Assembly: GCA_018060945.1 (NCBI GenBank)
Contig: JAGOVB010000004.1
Location: 1 to 42,251, forward strand
Reading direction: 5' to 3'
Length of the DNA: 42,251 nucleotides
Source of the DNA: Minisyncoccota bacterium
GTDB taxonomy: Bacteria > Patescibacteriota > Minisyncoccia > Phycocordibacterales > PALSA-1337
The number at the start of each line of letters is the position of its first letter. The first letter of the stretch is position 1. A program made the translations under genes and the position numbers. Below are positions 25,760 to 34,946 of the stretch, piece after piece. Under the pieces are notes generated by a model that ran no database searches, was not told the origin of the DNA, and saw only the letters and a program-made list of their open reading frames with translations.

Positions 25760-26695
25760 CTAGAAGTTATATAGTTTTGGCTCGGCTTTGATCTTGTTGT
25801 CTATTGCATATGCGAGTTGAGGGAAATGCTTTGGATACTTCATGATAACTGGCCAAACAGAAGCTGGTGATTCAAATACAGTTGTGTACATAAAGCGATT
25901 TTTATTCTTTGCATGACCACCACGGTGTAGACCACTCGTATCACAGAAGACTAGTGTCCCCGCCCTTCCTGTACAGACGATTCTGTCTTGATTTGGAATC
26001 TTATCATCTTCACCAGCACTACCGCGAGGTGGTTTCTGAGGGAAAAGATGTCGCCACTTTCCAGTATAGTGTGATTTCTTCAAATAGATAAAAGGACCAG
26101 CTGCATCATCTACATCATTTAGATAAAGGAATACTTTTACCAACTGCTGATCTTCTGGATCACGATGCCACTCTTGTGAAGCGTAGCTTCGCATACCTTC
26201 TGGCATAGGGATAGTCACCTGTAGTCTCCAGTCGATAAATTTTACAAACATTCCCATATACGTATTTACAGTATTGAGTATAATGTCGCTCAAGCTAAAT
26301 TTTGTAAAAGGATGAGAAAGATCGAGGACTCGCTCACCTTTCCAAAGGTCTACAAGGAAAAAGCTTTTGCTTTTTAGTTTGTCTCCATTACGAGACTCTT
26401 CACGTCGTTCATATTGAGATTTTACATCAGCATCTTCCCAGCGAGAAAGGGCAAATTTTTGTAACTCTGCAAAAGTTTCTGGTGGAAATAGTTTGTCGAT
26501 GTGAGTGATTGCAATACCATCTTCGCGCAATGCAGCTACTATTCTTTTTTGTTCCTCATTTAGAGTCGGCACATTTTGTCTGTATCGGATAATGCTTGGT
26601 AGATTGATCATGAGCCACACCGCACGCAAAGATCGTATCTTGTGATAGAATCTAGCCACGGCACCAATCGCCTTTTTAATGAGTTTTTTAATCAT
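25760..26695 (-). CDS. 2OG-Fe(II) dioxygenase, PhyH-like
   Basis: WHRD (HxD); KVFLYLNDV...GPF; GTLVFCDTSGLHRG (distal His). Confidence 0.82.
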   Translation of the reverse strand: MIKKLIKKAIGAVARFYHKIRSLRAVWLMINLPSIIRYRQNVPTLNEEQKRIVAALREDGIAITHIDKLFPPETFAELQKFALSRWEDADVKSQYERREESRNGDKLKSKSFFLVDLWKGERVLDLSHPFTKFSLSDIILNTVNTYMGMFVKFIDWRLQVTIPMPEGMRSYASQEWHRDPEDQQLVKVFLYLNDVDDAAGPFIYLKKSHYTGKWRHLFPQKPPRGSAGEDDKIPNQDRIVCTGRAGTLVFCDTSGLHRGGHAKNKNRFMYTTVFESPASVWPVIMKYPKHFPQLAYAIDNKIKAEPKLYNF

Positions 26696-26719
26696 ATTGA
26701 GGATATTGTAGCATAGCCT

Positions 26720-27832
26720 ATGCCTGATAAAACTATACGGAAAGCACTACATATTGTCTGGATTGGAGCCACTTTTTTAGCCTATCCCCTAGTAACCGTA
26801 CTCAGCAAACGAGGTACAGACAAAAATATTCTATGTATGCCTCAACTTTCACGAATCGGTGACATCGTCTGCTCAACACCCGTTTTTTATAATATTAAAA
26901 AGTCTTATCCTGATTCAAAGCTAACGGTTCTCATTTCAAAAAAAGCACTAGGGATAGTAAGAAACAATCCTCGCATCGATAGCTTTATCATCATTGAAGA
27001 TTATTCTTTTTTTGGATTGATCAATAAATTGAGATCAGAAAAGTTTACCTGGTCTATCAACCTCACCGCAACCTCTATCAATACATGCCTATCACTATGG
27101 GCTGGTATACCAAATCGCATCAAAACAGTCGTCGAGACACCACCAATCACTGAAAGACTAACTGACTGGATGTCGAACTATAGACTTTTGTACAGGAATC
27201 ATACGTATCTTCCGCAACACCACATACACCTGCTAAAGTTTTTGGATATTAAAAATCCGGAAGATAAAAAAGAAGTTTGGACTACAGTTCCAAGCGAAGA
27301 AAAAGTGAATGCATGGAAAAAAAGCTTTGCAGATAAAAAAATCGTTGGGATCAGTATCACTGCTGGAAATAAGATAAAAGAACTGGGCGACGATCGTTTT
27401 GAAATCTTGACCAGGCAACTCATCCAAATCCCAAACGTTATTGTCTGTTGTATCGGTTCTCCAGCTGACAATACACGCATCGACGCATTGGTTGCAAAAA
27501 TAGACAGTCCCCTTTTTATAAAGGCTACACATTTTTCTTTGGAAGAGCTGCCTGCTCTCATGAAAAGCTTTTCGCTCTATATAGCCGTTGATACAGGGCC
27601 TATTTATATTGCCCACGCTTTGGGCGTGCCACTTATCGACATAATCGGACCAGTAGACCCGACTGAGCAGCCACCACGAGATGAAAAAAGTATTCAGATT
27701 CTACCTAAGGGAGACACCCGACCATCTTCTTTTGTATTTAAGAAGAGAGGTACTCCCGATGAGATCCAATCTGCACTACAAGCAACTAGTATCGAAGAAG
27801 TATTTGCCGCATCTGTAAAAATGATTTCTTGA
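26720..27832 (+). CDS. Glycosyltransferase family 9 (heptosyltransferase-like)
   Basis: RIGDIVCSTP...YPDSKLTVL; DTGPIYIAHALGVP. Confidence 0.88.
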   Translation: MPDKTIRKALHIVWIGATFLAYPLVTVLSKRGTDKNILCMPQLSRIGDIVCSTPVFYNIKKSYPDSKLTVLISKKALGIVRNNPRIDSFIIIEDYSFFGLINKLRSEKFTWSINLTATSINTCLSLWAGIPNRIKTVVETPPITERLTDWMSNYRLLYRNHTYLPQHHIHLLKFLDIKNPEDKKEVWTTVPSEEKVNAWKKSFADKKIVGISITAGNKIKELGDDRFEILTRQLIQIPNVIVCCIGSPADNTRIDALVAKIDSPLFIKATHFSLEELPALMKSFSLYIAVDTGPIYIAHALGVPLIDIIGPVDPTEQPPRDEKSIQILPKGDTRPSSFVFKKRGTPDEIQSALQATSIEEVFAASVKMIS

Positions 27833-29135
27833 TAATCTCTCGATCTTGAGCGTTGAAGCTAAATATCACCTTGAAGTCAAAATGAAAACCACGATCCTGG
27901 CTCTGTGTATACCAATAGTTGATACACACGAGCATAAGTGGAACAACAACAAACTCAAGCGCCAAGCCCCACAGACCGACATAGTAAAGACCAACAGTGA
28001 TGATCGTGAGTGAACAAATATTTCTGATTACATGGAGAAAAAGTAAATATCTTTGTTTACGCAAGGCGATAATATAGTTTCCGATAATGATGCCTACAGC
28101 AAATATAGGCAGGTTAAATAGCATAAAGTAAAAATACTGAAGTGAATCATTATATTTTGAAAAGAATATATGAGTAACTGATGGGATGATAAAAGCTGCA
28201 AGAACAGCAAGAACAATACCCATGACCGCATAGTATTTGACCCCGTACGAAAACATCTTTCTGGAGAGTGTGCTATCTTTGACCCAAAGTGGGACAAGCG
28301 ACTGCAGTGTGTTGTTTGGCAATACATCCTGCACCGTAGTGACCATGGTCTCAGCGATAGAGAAAATTGCGACTGCCTCTGTACTTGCAAATATCTTGAT
28401 CAACCACGGTTTGATCCTAAAAGTAACGCGATTGGCAAATTGTCGTGTGACATCCCAAGTTCCATAGGTTAAAAATATATTCCACAACAAAACCTTAGAT
28501 GGTATTTTTACATGATTCCAAGTCGAGTATACTTTAAAAAATTTAAATGAAATGATCACGACACTGATCGCCGAAGAAAAGATAATCGACCAAATCAACT
28601 GCTTCAAACCCAGGTTGCCCTGCAATAAAAAGTACCCGAGAATGAGGAATTGGATAAACTTTGTGATAGTAGTGCGGAGCGCCACAATACCAAACTCAAG
28701 TCGGACCAGACAAAATGTCCTGATGATCATAAACAGCCCCTCGCTCAAAAACAAAAATGAAATGAGGCGCATGTCTTTCACAAAGCTAGTATCATACGCA
28801 CTGAAGAAATGAGTAGCTCCAAAAAATACTGTCACCCAGACACCTATCATGATAACAACTCGGATCAAAGCGTACTCGATAAATATTCTCTTTGCATCAG
28901 CGATACGGTTGTCGCCAATTGCTCTCGATATTTCATTTGATACAAGACCGGAACCGAGATTAAGAAAATCCGATGGTATCCCAGCAAAAGATAGTAGCAG
29001 CTGAAATACTCCGTACTGATACAGAGAAAGCGAGGTAATCGTGATGAATGTATTGACCAAGCCGATACCTTTTGATGAGAAATTCCAAGCCGCCGAGACG
29101 GTCTCGCCCTTTAGAAAAGTGTTCATTACTGACAT
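27786..29135 (-). CDS. Wzx/MATE-like oligosaccharide flippase
   Basis: About 12 TMs; LSLYQYGVFQL and STEAVAIFSIA loop motifs; located in a glycan locus. Confidence 0.8.
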   Translation of the reverse strand: MSVMNTFLKGETVSAAWNFSSKGIGLVNTFITITSLSLYQYGVFQLLLSFAGIPSDFLNLGSGLVSNEISRAIGDNRIADAKRIFIEYALIRVVIMIGVWVTVFFGATHFFSAYDTSFVKDMRLISFLFLSEGLFMIIRTFCLVRLEFGIVALRTTITKFIQFLILGYFLLQGNLGLKQLIWSIIFSSAISVVIISFKFFKVYSTWNHVKIPSKVLLWNIFLTYGTWDVTRQFANRVTFRIKPWLIKIFASTEAVAIFSIAETMVTTVQDVLPNNTLQSLVPLWVKDSTLSRKMFSYGVKYYAVMGIVLAVLAAFIIPSVTHIFFSKYNDSLQYFYFMLFNLPIFAVGIIIGNYIIALRKQRYLLFLHVIRNICSLTIITVGLYYVGLWGLALEFVVVPLMLVCINYWYTQSQDRGFHFDFKVIFSFNAQDREIIKKSFLQMRQILLRY

Positions 29136-29181
29136 ATCCTTATATTATCGCATTTATGCAAACTTTGGTATTATTACGGAA

Positions 29182-30756
29182 ATGCAGAAAAGGCATACAC
29201 TACTACTCATCGCGGTCCTATTGCTAGCTTTTGCTCTGCGTATATCTGGAATCGTGTACGGTTTACCCCTGTGGCTTATCAATGATGAACCCTCTACGGT
29301 CCTAGGAGCACTCAAAATGATGGAGTTAAGGTCAGTCGTCCCCGCACTCCACACTCAGGAGATGTCATCTGTCCTCTACTATCCACCGTATATCTCTTAT
29401 CTATATCTACTCCCTTTTAGTATCATCGCTGGGTTTCAGACTGCAGTCCAAGGACTTTCTGTTTCTGAGATTGTTACAAATTTGTCACCGTATTTTATTG
29501 CCGCGCGTCTTATTAGTATCTTGGCAGGACTCGTTTGTATTTGGCTTATATATAAAATCAGTGAGAGTCTATTTGAATCAAAAAAGGCTGCTTTAGTGTC
29601 TGCTGTCTTTGCAGCAACCAGCCTCATCAATATCTCGCTCTCAATGTCAGCACGTCACTGGATATTTATTTCTTTGATATACAGTCTCGCATTTTATTTT
29701 CTATTTAAAAAAAGGAGTCATTCCTGGTTTAGTATCGTTGCTGCAATCGGGATGGGAGTAAGCAGTATTTCTATATTTTTGTTTGCCTTATTCCCCCTCT
29801 GGTATTTTGTAATAGAAAAAAATACCTTAGCAAATCTAAAAAAAGATCTCTGCACAAAAGAGTTCTGGATTATTGCGATCATTGCTGGAATCATCACTAT
29901 TCTTCCTTCTATTTTATACCCGATGAGCAATGGGTTTATTGTGGACATAACAAGCGGCGCTTCAAAAAGTATTATCGGAATCGTACTTAGTCCATTTAAA
30001 TTTATTGGATTATTAGTGCACTCAGAGCCTGTACTAGTGATATCTTTTCTAATTGGTTTTATTGCACTGTGTATTAAGAATAAAAGACTAGGCCTCACCT
30101 TTGGTGCATTTATTTATTTTTATTCGATTGTATACTATATCCTTTTCCGCTACGAGAGTAGATTCTTACTTCCGATATTACCCCTCATATACAGCATTGC
30201 TGGCTACGCTTTTATTTCAGTTATTAGAAATAAATATTATTTGTTTCTACTTGCCATCCCGCTATGCGCAAGCATCATGCTCTCATATCTTGCCTTGCAT
30301 AACGATTCGCGGATACATGCGATCGACTGGGTATATGAAAATACAGACAAAAAAGAAAAGATCATCACATACGGATCACAGCTGCGAATACCGACTACAG
30401 CAGCTGCGGTCGCCGAGCTACGTTCGATTGAGCCAAATGCTCTCAGAAAGATTGACACTACTGAAGAAAAACTAAATAAAGAAAACTTTCACAGTCTCAA
30501 TATATACACAGTCCAAGACAAGGCATTCCTCGCCAGACTACCTGACTACGTTCGCAAAAATGGGTATACTCTATACGTGATTGAAAAAGGTGACTCTGAA
30601 ATAGGCATTGCTGCAAACAGCATCCCTCAGCAAAAAGTACTCACATATTTTGGTACAAATCCTCGCTACTCTATCGCTACGAGCGAGTTTCCTGGAACTT
30701 TACGCTCACTATTCAAAACAAGCATGCTCGGCCCTATCGTATACATATATCGCTAA
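29182..30756 (+). CDS. GT-C membrane glycosyltransferase (PMT/ArnT-like); probable start MQKRH at 29182
   Basis: LRISGI...DE acidic first loop (NDEP), ARLISIL, RFLLPILP; about 12 TMs and a soluble C-terminal domain. The track's GTG start at 29041 overlaps the flippase. Confidence 0.82.
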   Translation: MQKRHTLLLIAVLLLAFALRISGIVYGLPLWLINDEPSTVLGALKMMELRSVVPALHTQEMSSVLYYPPYISYLYLLPFSIIAGFQTAVQGLSVSEIVTNLSPYFIAARLISILAGLVCIWLIYKISESLFESKKAALVSAVFAATSLINISLSMSARHWIFISLIYSLAFYFLFKKRSHSWFSIVAAIGMGVSSISIFLFALFPLWYFVIEKNTLANLKKDLCTKEFWIIAIIAGIITILPSILYPMSNGFIVDITSGASKSIIGIVLSPFKFIGLLVHSEPVLVISFLIGFIALCIKNKRLGLTFGAFIYFYSIVYYILFRYESRFLLPILPLIYSIAGYAFISVIRNKYYLFLLAIPLCASIMLSYLALHNDSRIHAIDWVYENTDKKEKIITYGSQLRIPTTAAAVAELRSIEPNALRKIDTTEEKLNKENFHSLNIYTVQDKAFLARLPDYVRKNGYTLYVIEKGDSEIGIAANSIPQQKVLTYFGTNPRYSIATSEFPGTLRSLFKTSMLGPIVYIYR

Positions 30757-31481
30757 TGAAAATAACTATTATCATACCGACGCACAATGAAGGAGAAAGT
30801 ATTGGGGCTCTTTTGAATGCAGTTTTCTCCGAACTTGCAAAAATGCCCCAGCACACCTGGAGTATTTTGATTGTAGATGGAAAATCTACCGACAATACCC
30901 TCGACATTGTCCGTACTTTCAAAAACGTGCATGTTATATCTGAAAAAGAAAAACGTGGGCTCGGATACGCATACATAACAGGTATGAACTATGCCATCGA
31001 TACATTACACGCTGATGCATTTTTGGAATTTGATGGAGACTTTCAGCATGATCCAAAAGATATTCCAAAATTGGTCCGAGCTTTTGATGAGGGATACGAG
31101 TACATAATCGGCTCACGATATGTCGAGGGTGGCACTATACCTCAGGAATGGCCTTGGTACAGAAAGTTTCTCAGTAATTTTGGTAACCTCATCATCCACT
31201 ACGGCTTGGGGATCAAAACTCACGACAATACCTCCGGATTCAAGATGACTTCAACAAAATTCAAAGACAAACTCCCTCTAAAACCAGGTGAGGTACTCTC
31301 GCTTCGTCACGCATACAAAATCCATTTCTTGTACGCTATGATCAGTGCAGGAGCGAAGACCACTGAGGTCCCAATCCACTTCCTCAATCGAAATAAAGGT
31401 GTCTCAAAAAGTACAGCCGAAGACATTATCGAATCACTGAAGGTTGTTTACTTGCTCAGATTTAGAAAAAATAAAGATTGA
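30756..31481 (+). CDS. Polyprenol-phosphate glycosyltransferase (GT2, DPM-synthase-like)
   Basis: IIPTHNE, VDGKSTD, KRGLGYAY, FDGDFQHDP, IGSRY, DNTSGFK. Confidence 0.92.
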   Translation: MKITIIIPTHNEGESIGALLNAVFSELAKMPQHTWSILIVDGKSTDNTLDIVRTFKNVHVISEKEKRGLGYAYITGMNYAIDTLHADAFLEFDGDFQHDPKDIPKLVRAFDEGYEYIIGSRYVEGGTIPQEWPWYRKFLSNFGNLIIHYGLGIKTHDNTSGFKMTSTKFKDKLPLKPGEVLSLRHAYKIHFLYAMISAGAKTTEVPIHFLNRNKGVSKSTAEDIIESLKVVYLLRFRKNKD

Positions 31482-31853
31482 GTATATAAAGTAGCTACTA
31501 AATGCGAGAATACCGCTCGCGATGATTTGAGCCACGATATAGTGTATACAAAAATAGTCCACAAAAACATACATGAGTAGTGTGTTTACCCCGAGATTCA
31601 CAACTGATACACAGAAATACAATGTCATTTGTGACTTTACTTTTACTGTAGAACGATCTTGAAATGTCCAAAACTTTTGTAGAGAAAAACTGACAGAAAA
31701 TGCAATCAGAAAAGCAACAATAGCAGCTAGTAGATACCACATATCAGCGTACTTTACTAAGATGTGCAGCATCACTAGATCGACGACTGCAGCCGTTCCA
31801 CCTGAGACAATATATTTGAAAACCTTTTTGATTATTGCTTGATAAGTATGCAT
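31434..31853 (-). CDS. GtrA family polyprenol-P-sugar flippase
   Basis: 4 TMs; KYIVSGGTAAVVDL and FSLQKFWTF. Confidence 0.92.
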   Translation of the reverse strand: MHTYQAIIKKVFKYIVSGGTAAVVDLVMLHILVKYADMWYLLAAIVAFLIAFSVSFSLQKFWTFQDRSTVKVKSQMTLYFCVSVVNLGVNTLLMYVFVDYFCIHYIVAQIIASGILAFSSYFIYSIFIFSKSEQVNNLQ

Positions 31854-32512
31854 TGGCCGACAGTAGTGATGATAGGAACTTCTTTTTTATCTACAAGAAA
31901 CTCATCGAGCGCTTTTTTAACACCGGGAGTATTTTTGCCCATATAGTCGTCAAACATGATAAAGCCCCCTTTCATCAAGCGAGGATAAAAGAAATGGAGC
32001 GAGTCTAGAGTAGACTGATATATATCGACATCGATGTAAACGAAAGAAAATGTTTGATCTTTTGCTGGTGCAGAAGTCTGAGGAAATATCCCCTGACAAA
32101 ATACTGCTCGACTAACTCCTGCAAATACTTTCTTAACATGGTCGATCGAAGTATCAATAAAATCACCTTCTTTATGTAGATCTATATCTGGATTAACCTT
32201 TGGCATACCCTCGAATGTATCGAACACAAAGAAAGGAGTTGTTTGTTTTTCCTGTGCATAAGCGATGAGTCGTGCAGAACCACCACGAAATACACCTACT
32301 TGTGCCGTTGCTCCACCGAGACGTGCTGCCTGTCGAGCAAATTGCCAGAGCATGTACAATCGATCTCGTTCGAGCATGGTAAACGGTTCTACTGCGACTG
32401 ATGCTTTTTCAAAATCAACATCTTTTGCCCACGCCACGAAGTCAGTCCGTACACCAGTGCGGACGATCTGATATCTAAATTTTGCTAACAAATCTTTAAT
32501 TAGTTTTTTCAT
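31832..32512 (-). CDS. TylF/MycF/NovP-like O-methyltransferase
   Basis: QVGVFRGGS, FDTFEGMP, YIDVDIYQST, FDDY. Confidence 0.9.
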   Translation of the reverse strand: MKKLIKDLLAKFRYQIVRTGVRTDFVAWAKDVDFEKASVAVEPFTMLERDRLYMLWQFARQAARLGGATAQVGVFRGGSARLIAYAQEKQTTPFFVFDTFEGMPKVNPDIDLHKEGDFIDTSIDHVKKVFAGVSRAVFCQGIFPQTSAPAKDQTFSFVYIDVDIYQSTLDSLHFFYPRLMKGGFIMFDDYMGKNTPGVKKALDEFLVDKKEVPIITTVGQCILIKQ

Positions 32513-33102
32513 TTTATTGCGTAAAGGAAGTAACCGTATGTAGTTGTTTTCTTTTCTGTCTTAAATACTTTGTCCAAAAATTCGCTGGCTGGTACTAGGA
32601 TAAACTTTAATTTATGCTGAAGTGGAACAAAGTGGATCATCGCTCTGAAATATCCCCCACATTTCATCATCTCAACTTTTGAAAAATCTTCGAACATAAA
32701 CTCGAGTGTATCGTCGAAGAATCTCCAGTAATCATGATATGAACCTTTTCGAGCGTGATATGGATACATAGATGGAACATAGAGAAACAGCTTACCCCCA
32801 GGCTTCAGAACTCGATGCATCTCCTTTACTGCGCGGATCGGGTCTTTTACGTGTTCCAAAACAGAACTGCAAATGATAGCTTCGACAGTAGCGGTCTGAA
32901 GTGGCATATTGTGAATATCGCCAACCACATCTGCCCCAGTTCTTGAATCACTATCCATACTCTTGTATACAGAGTTTTTAAAAAGATCTTTGTACGGAAG
33001 TAACCATTTTTGGAACCGATCTCCCCCACCAATATCGAGAATCATCTTCTCTTTACTTAACAAGAGCATCTTTTCATCAAGAAATTGTTGATATTTAGTC
33101 AT
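32509..33102 (-). CDS. Class I SAM-dependent methyltransferase (type 11)
   Basis: LDIGGG, VLEHV, RVLKPGG, DYWRF. Confidence 0.9.
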   Translation of the reverse strand: MTKYQQFLDEKMLLLSKEKMILDIGGGDRFQKWLLPYKDLFKNSVYKSMDSDSRTGADVVGDIHNMPLQTATVEAIICSSVLEHVKDPIRAVKEMHRVLKPGGKLFLYVPSMYPYHARKGSYHDYWRFFDDTLEFMFEDFSKVEMMKCGGYFRAMIHFVPLQHKLKFILVPASEFLDKVFKTEKKTTTYGYFLYAIK

Positions 33103-33123
33103 AAAATTATACTCACTATACTA

Positions 33124-34125
33124 TCACATCCACAGTATTTTAAATAATTCTCTACCAAGATTTTTTAGACTATGTTTATCGGTGAAGATCTCTAGCGACT
33201 TTCTCAATTCCTCTTTTTGCTGATCAGAATATGCACCTACCTTTTTCAGCTTTTGTGAGAGTTCGAGAGTGTCTCTATTTGAAAATATCAGATCGTCTGG
33301 GATATTCCCTTTTAGATTATCATTTGATGCGAGAACGATGCACCCACATGCCATCGCTTCAAATATAGTCTTGTCGTACATACCGCTCGATGAAAGGTTA
33401 ATAAAAAATTCGTGAGAGGAATATATATCAACTGATTGCTCGAGTAGTGCTGCCTTGTGGAATACGACGTTTGTACCGGCATTTGCTTTTAGATCTTCCA
33501 AATACTGACCATCTTTTGGTAGTGCGTCGCCGTATACATCAAAAGAAAGATCAGGGTTTTGTTTTGCCACTTCGACAAAGATATCAATATTCTTTGATGG
33601 TGCGATCCTCCCCCAAGACAAAACACTTTTTGGTTTTGCGGGCAAAGTTTTTTTGAAAAGATTGGTATCTACCCCAACTGGCATAATCTTGGTCTTTGCA
33701 TATTTTGCTGTATACGAAAATCGAGAAGTACAAAATACATGTGTACAAAAACCAGCAGCTATATCGGTGAGCACTGACCCTGCATGGTGGTTTCGCCACA
33801 TATATATCTTTTTCTTGAGTAGTCTCCAGATGAGACCTGCCAAGACGATATACTCCTGGTTCATATGCACAAAAACTGCATCGTAATTTTTTCTTTCATT
33901 CCATATATATGTGTAAAGATTTTTTATATATGAAAATCTAGACTGCTTTATTTCTTTTCCCAAAGAAAGTACCTTTACATTGCTAGGCAAAGTGTACTCA
34001 CCTTTGTACAGACAAACTACAATGATACTTTCGCAATGTTTTGAAAATTCTTCTACCCAGAGATGAAAGAAGCCTAGTACAGGATCTTTTTTATCGATCT
34101 TCTGTGTAATGATGAGTAGTCTCAT
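33124..34125 (-). CDS. Glycosyltransferase family 4
   Basis: PVGVD, GRIAPSKN, KTIFEAMACG. Confidence 0.9.
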   Translation of the reverse strand: MRLLIITQKIDKKDPVLGFFHLWVEEFSKHCESIIVVCLYKGEYTLPSNVKVLSLGKEIKQSRFSYIKNLYTYIWNERKNYDAVFVHMNQEYIVLAGLIWRLLKKKIYMWRNHHAGSVLTDIAAGFCTHVFCTSRFSYTAKYAKTKIMPVGVDTNLFKKTLPAKPKSVLSWGRIAPSKNIDIFVEVAKQNPDLSFDVYGDALPKDGQYLEDLKANAGTNVVFHKAALLEQSVDIYSSHEFFINLSSSGMYDKTIFEAMACGCIVLASNDNLKGNIPDDLIFSNRDTLELSQKLKKVGAYSDQQKEELRKSLEIFTDKHSLKNLGRELFKILWM

Positions 34126-34946
34126 ATGTTGCCATAAACACTTTTGAGCATAAGTAGGTCTTTTTTACTTGCTTTCAATAGTTCAATATTTTTTGCTTCG
34201 AGCGCCTTGAGTACAGCAATCCCCTTTTTATCTTTAGTTTTTTCATAGACAGACAAGAATGCAGCAAAATCTTTTATAAAGCAGCCTCCACCAGCGCCTC
34301 TACCGCTCTTGTGGATCGGATTTAGATAGTAGTGTGACATCATCGGGTCTGCTTTGATCGCTTCTTTTATTGCATCCCATCCTCCGCCGTGTTTGATAGA
34401 GAGGTCGTACAAAATATTTGAAAAGATAATCTGCATATATCCATGCACATTGTGAGCGTACTTGATGATTTCCGCTTCTTCACTTTTACAAACGAGAGTA
34501 AATGGTGCTTTTGGTAATACTGAAAGAATCTTTTTGGCGATGCTCTGATATTCTTTGTTGTCGACTGGGATACCTACGATATTTCGGTCTGGATGAGCCG
34601 CATCATGTGCTGCGGTAGCTTCAACCAAGAACTCTGGTGAGTGTACTATCTTTATTTTTGGAAACTTTCTTTGCAATGCCACAGTAGTTCCTGGGACGAT
34701 GGTAGACTTGATCACCGCAACTGTTTTTACATTTTTTAGCGCATCTTCGAGAATAGATACATCAAATCCTTTTTTAGTAGTCGGTGTTGGTACTGCAATA
34801 AAAACAAGATCACATGTAGTAATTTTGCTTTTATTTGCCTTGTATTCTGGCTCAATTGAGTAGCGCACGACATCATAGCCGCGATTTACAAAATCATCCG
34901 CATAATTCTTTCCTACCCATCCCTGTCCGATAAAGCCGATTTTCAT
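34122..34946 (-). CDS. UDP-glucose/GDP-mannose dehydrogenase family protein, short form without the C-terminal UDP-binding domain
   Basis: GFIGQGWVG, AVPTP, KSTIVPGT, SPEFL, IKYAHN, GGGCFIKD; 274 aa. Confidence 0.85.
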   Translation of the reverse strand: MKIGFIGQGWVGKNYADDFVNRGYDVVRYSIEPEYKANKSKITTCDLVFIAVPTPTTKKGFDVSILEDALKNVKTVAVIKSTIVPGTTVALQRKFPKIKIVHSPEFLVEATAAHDAAHPDRNIVGIPVDNKEYQSIAKKILSVLPKAPFTLVCKSEEAEIIKYAHNVHGYMQIIFSNILYDLSIKHGGGWDAIKEAIKADPMMSHYYLNPIHKSGRGAGGGCFIKDFAAFLSVYEKTKDKKGIAVLKALEAKNIELLKASKKDLLMLKSVYGNI

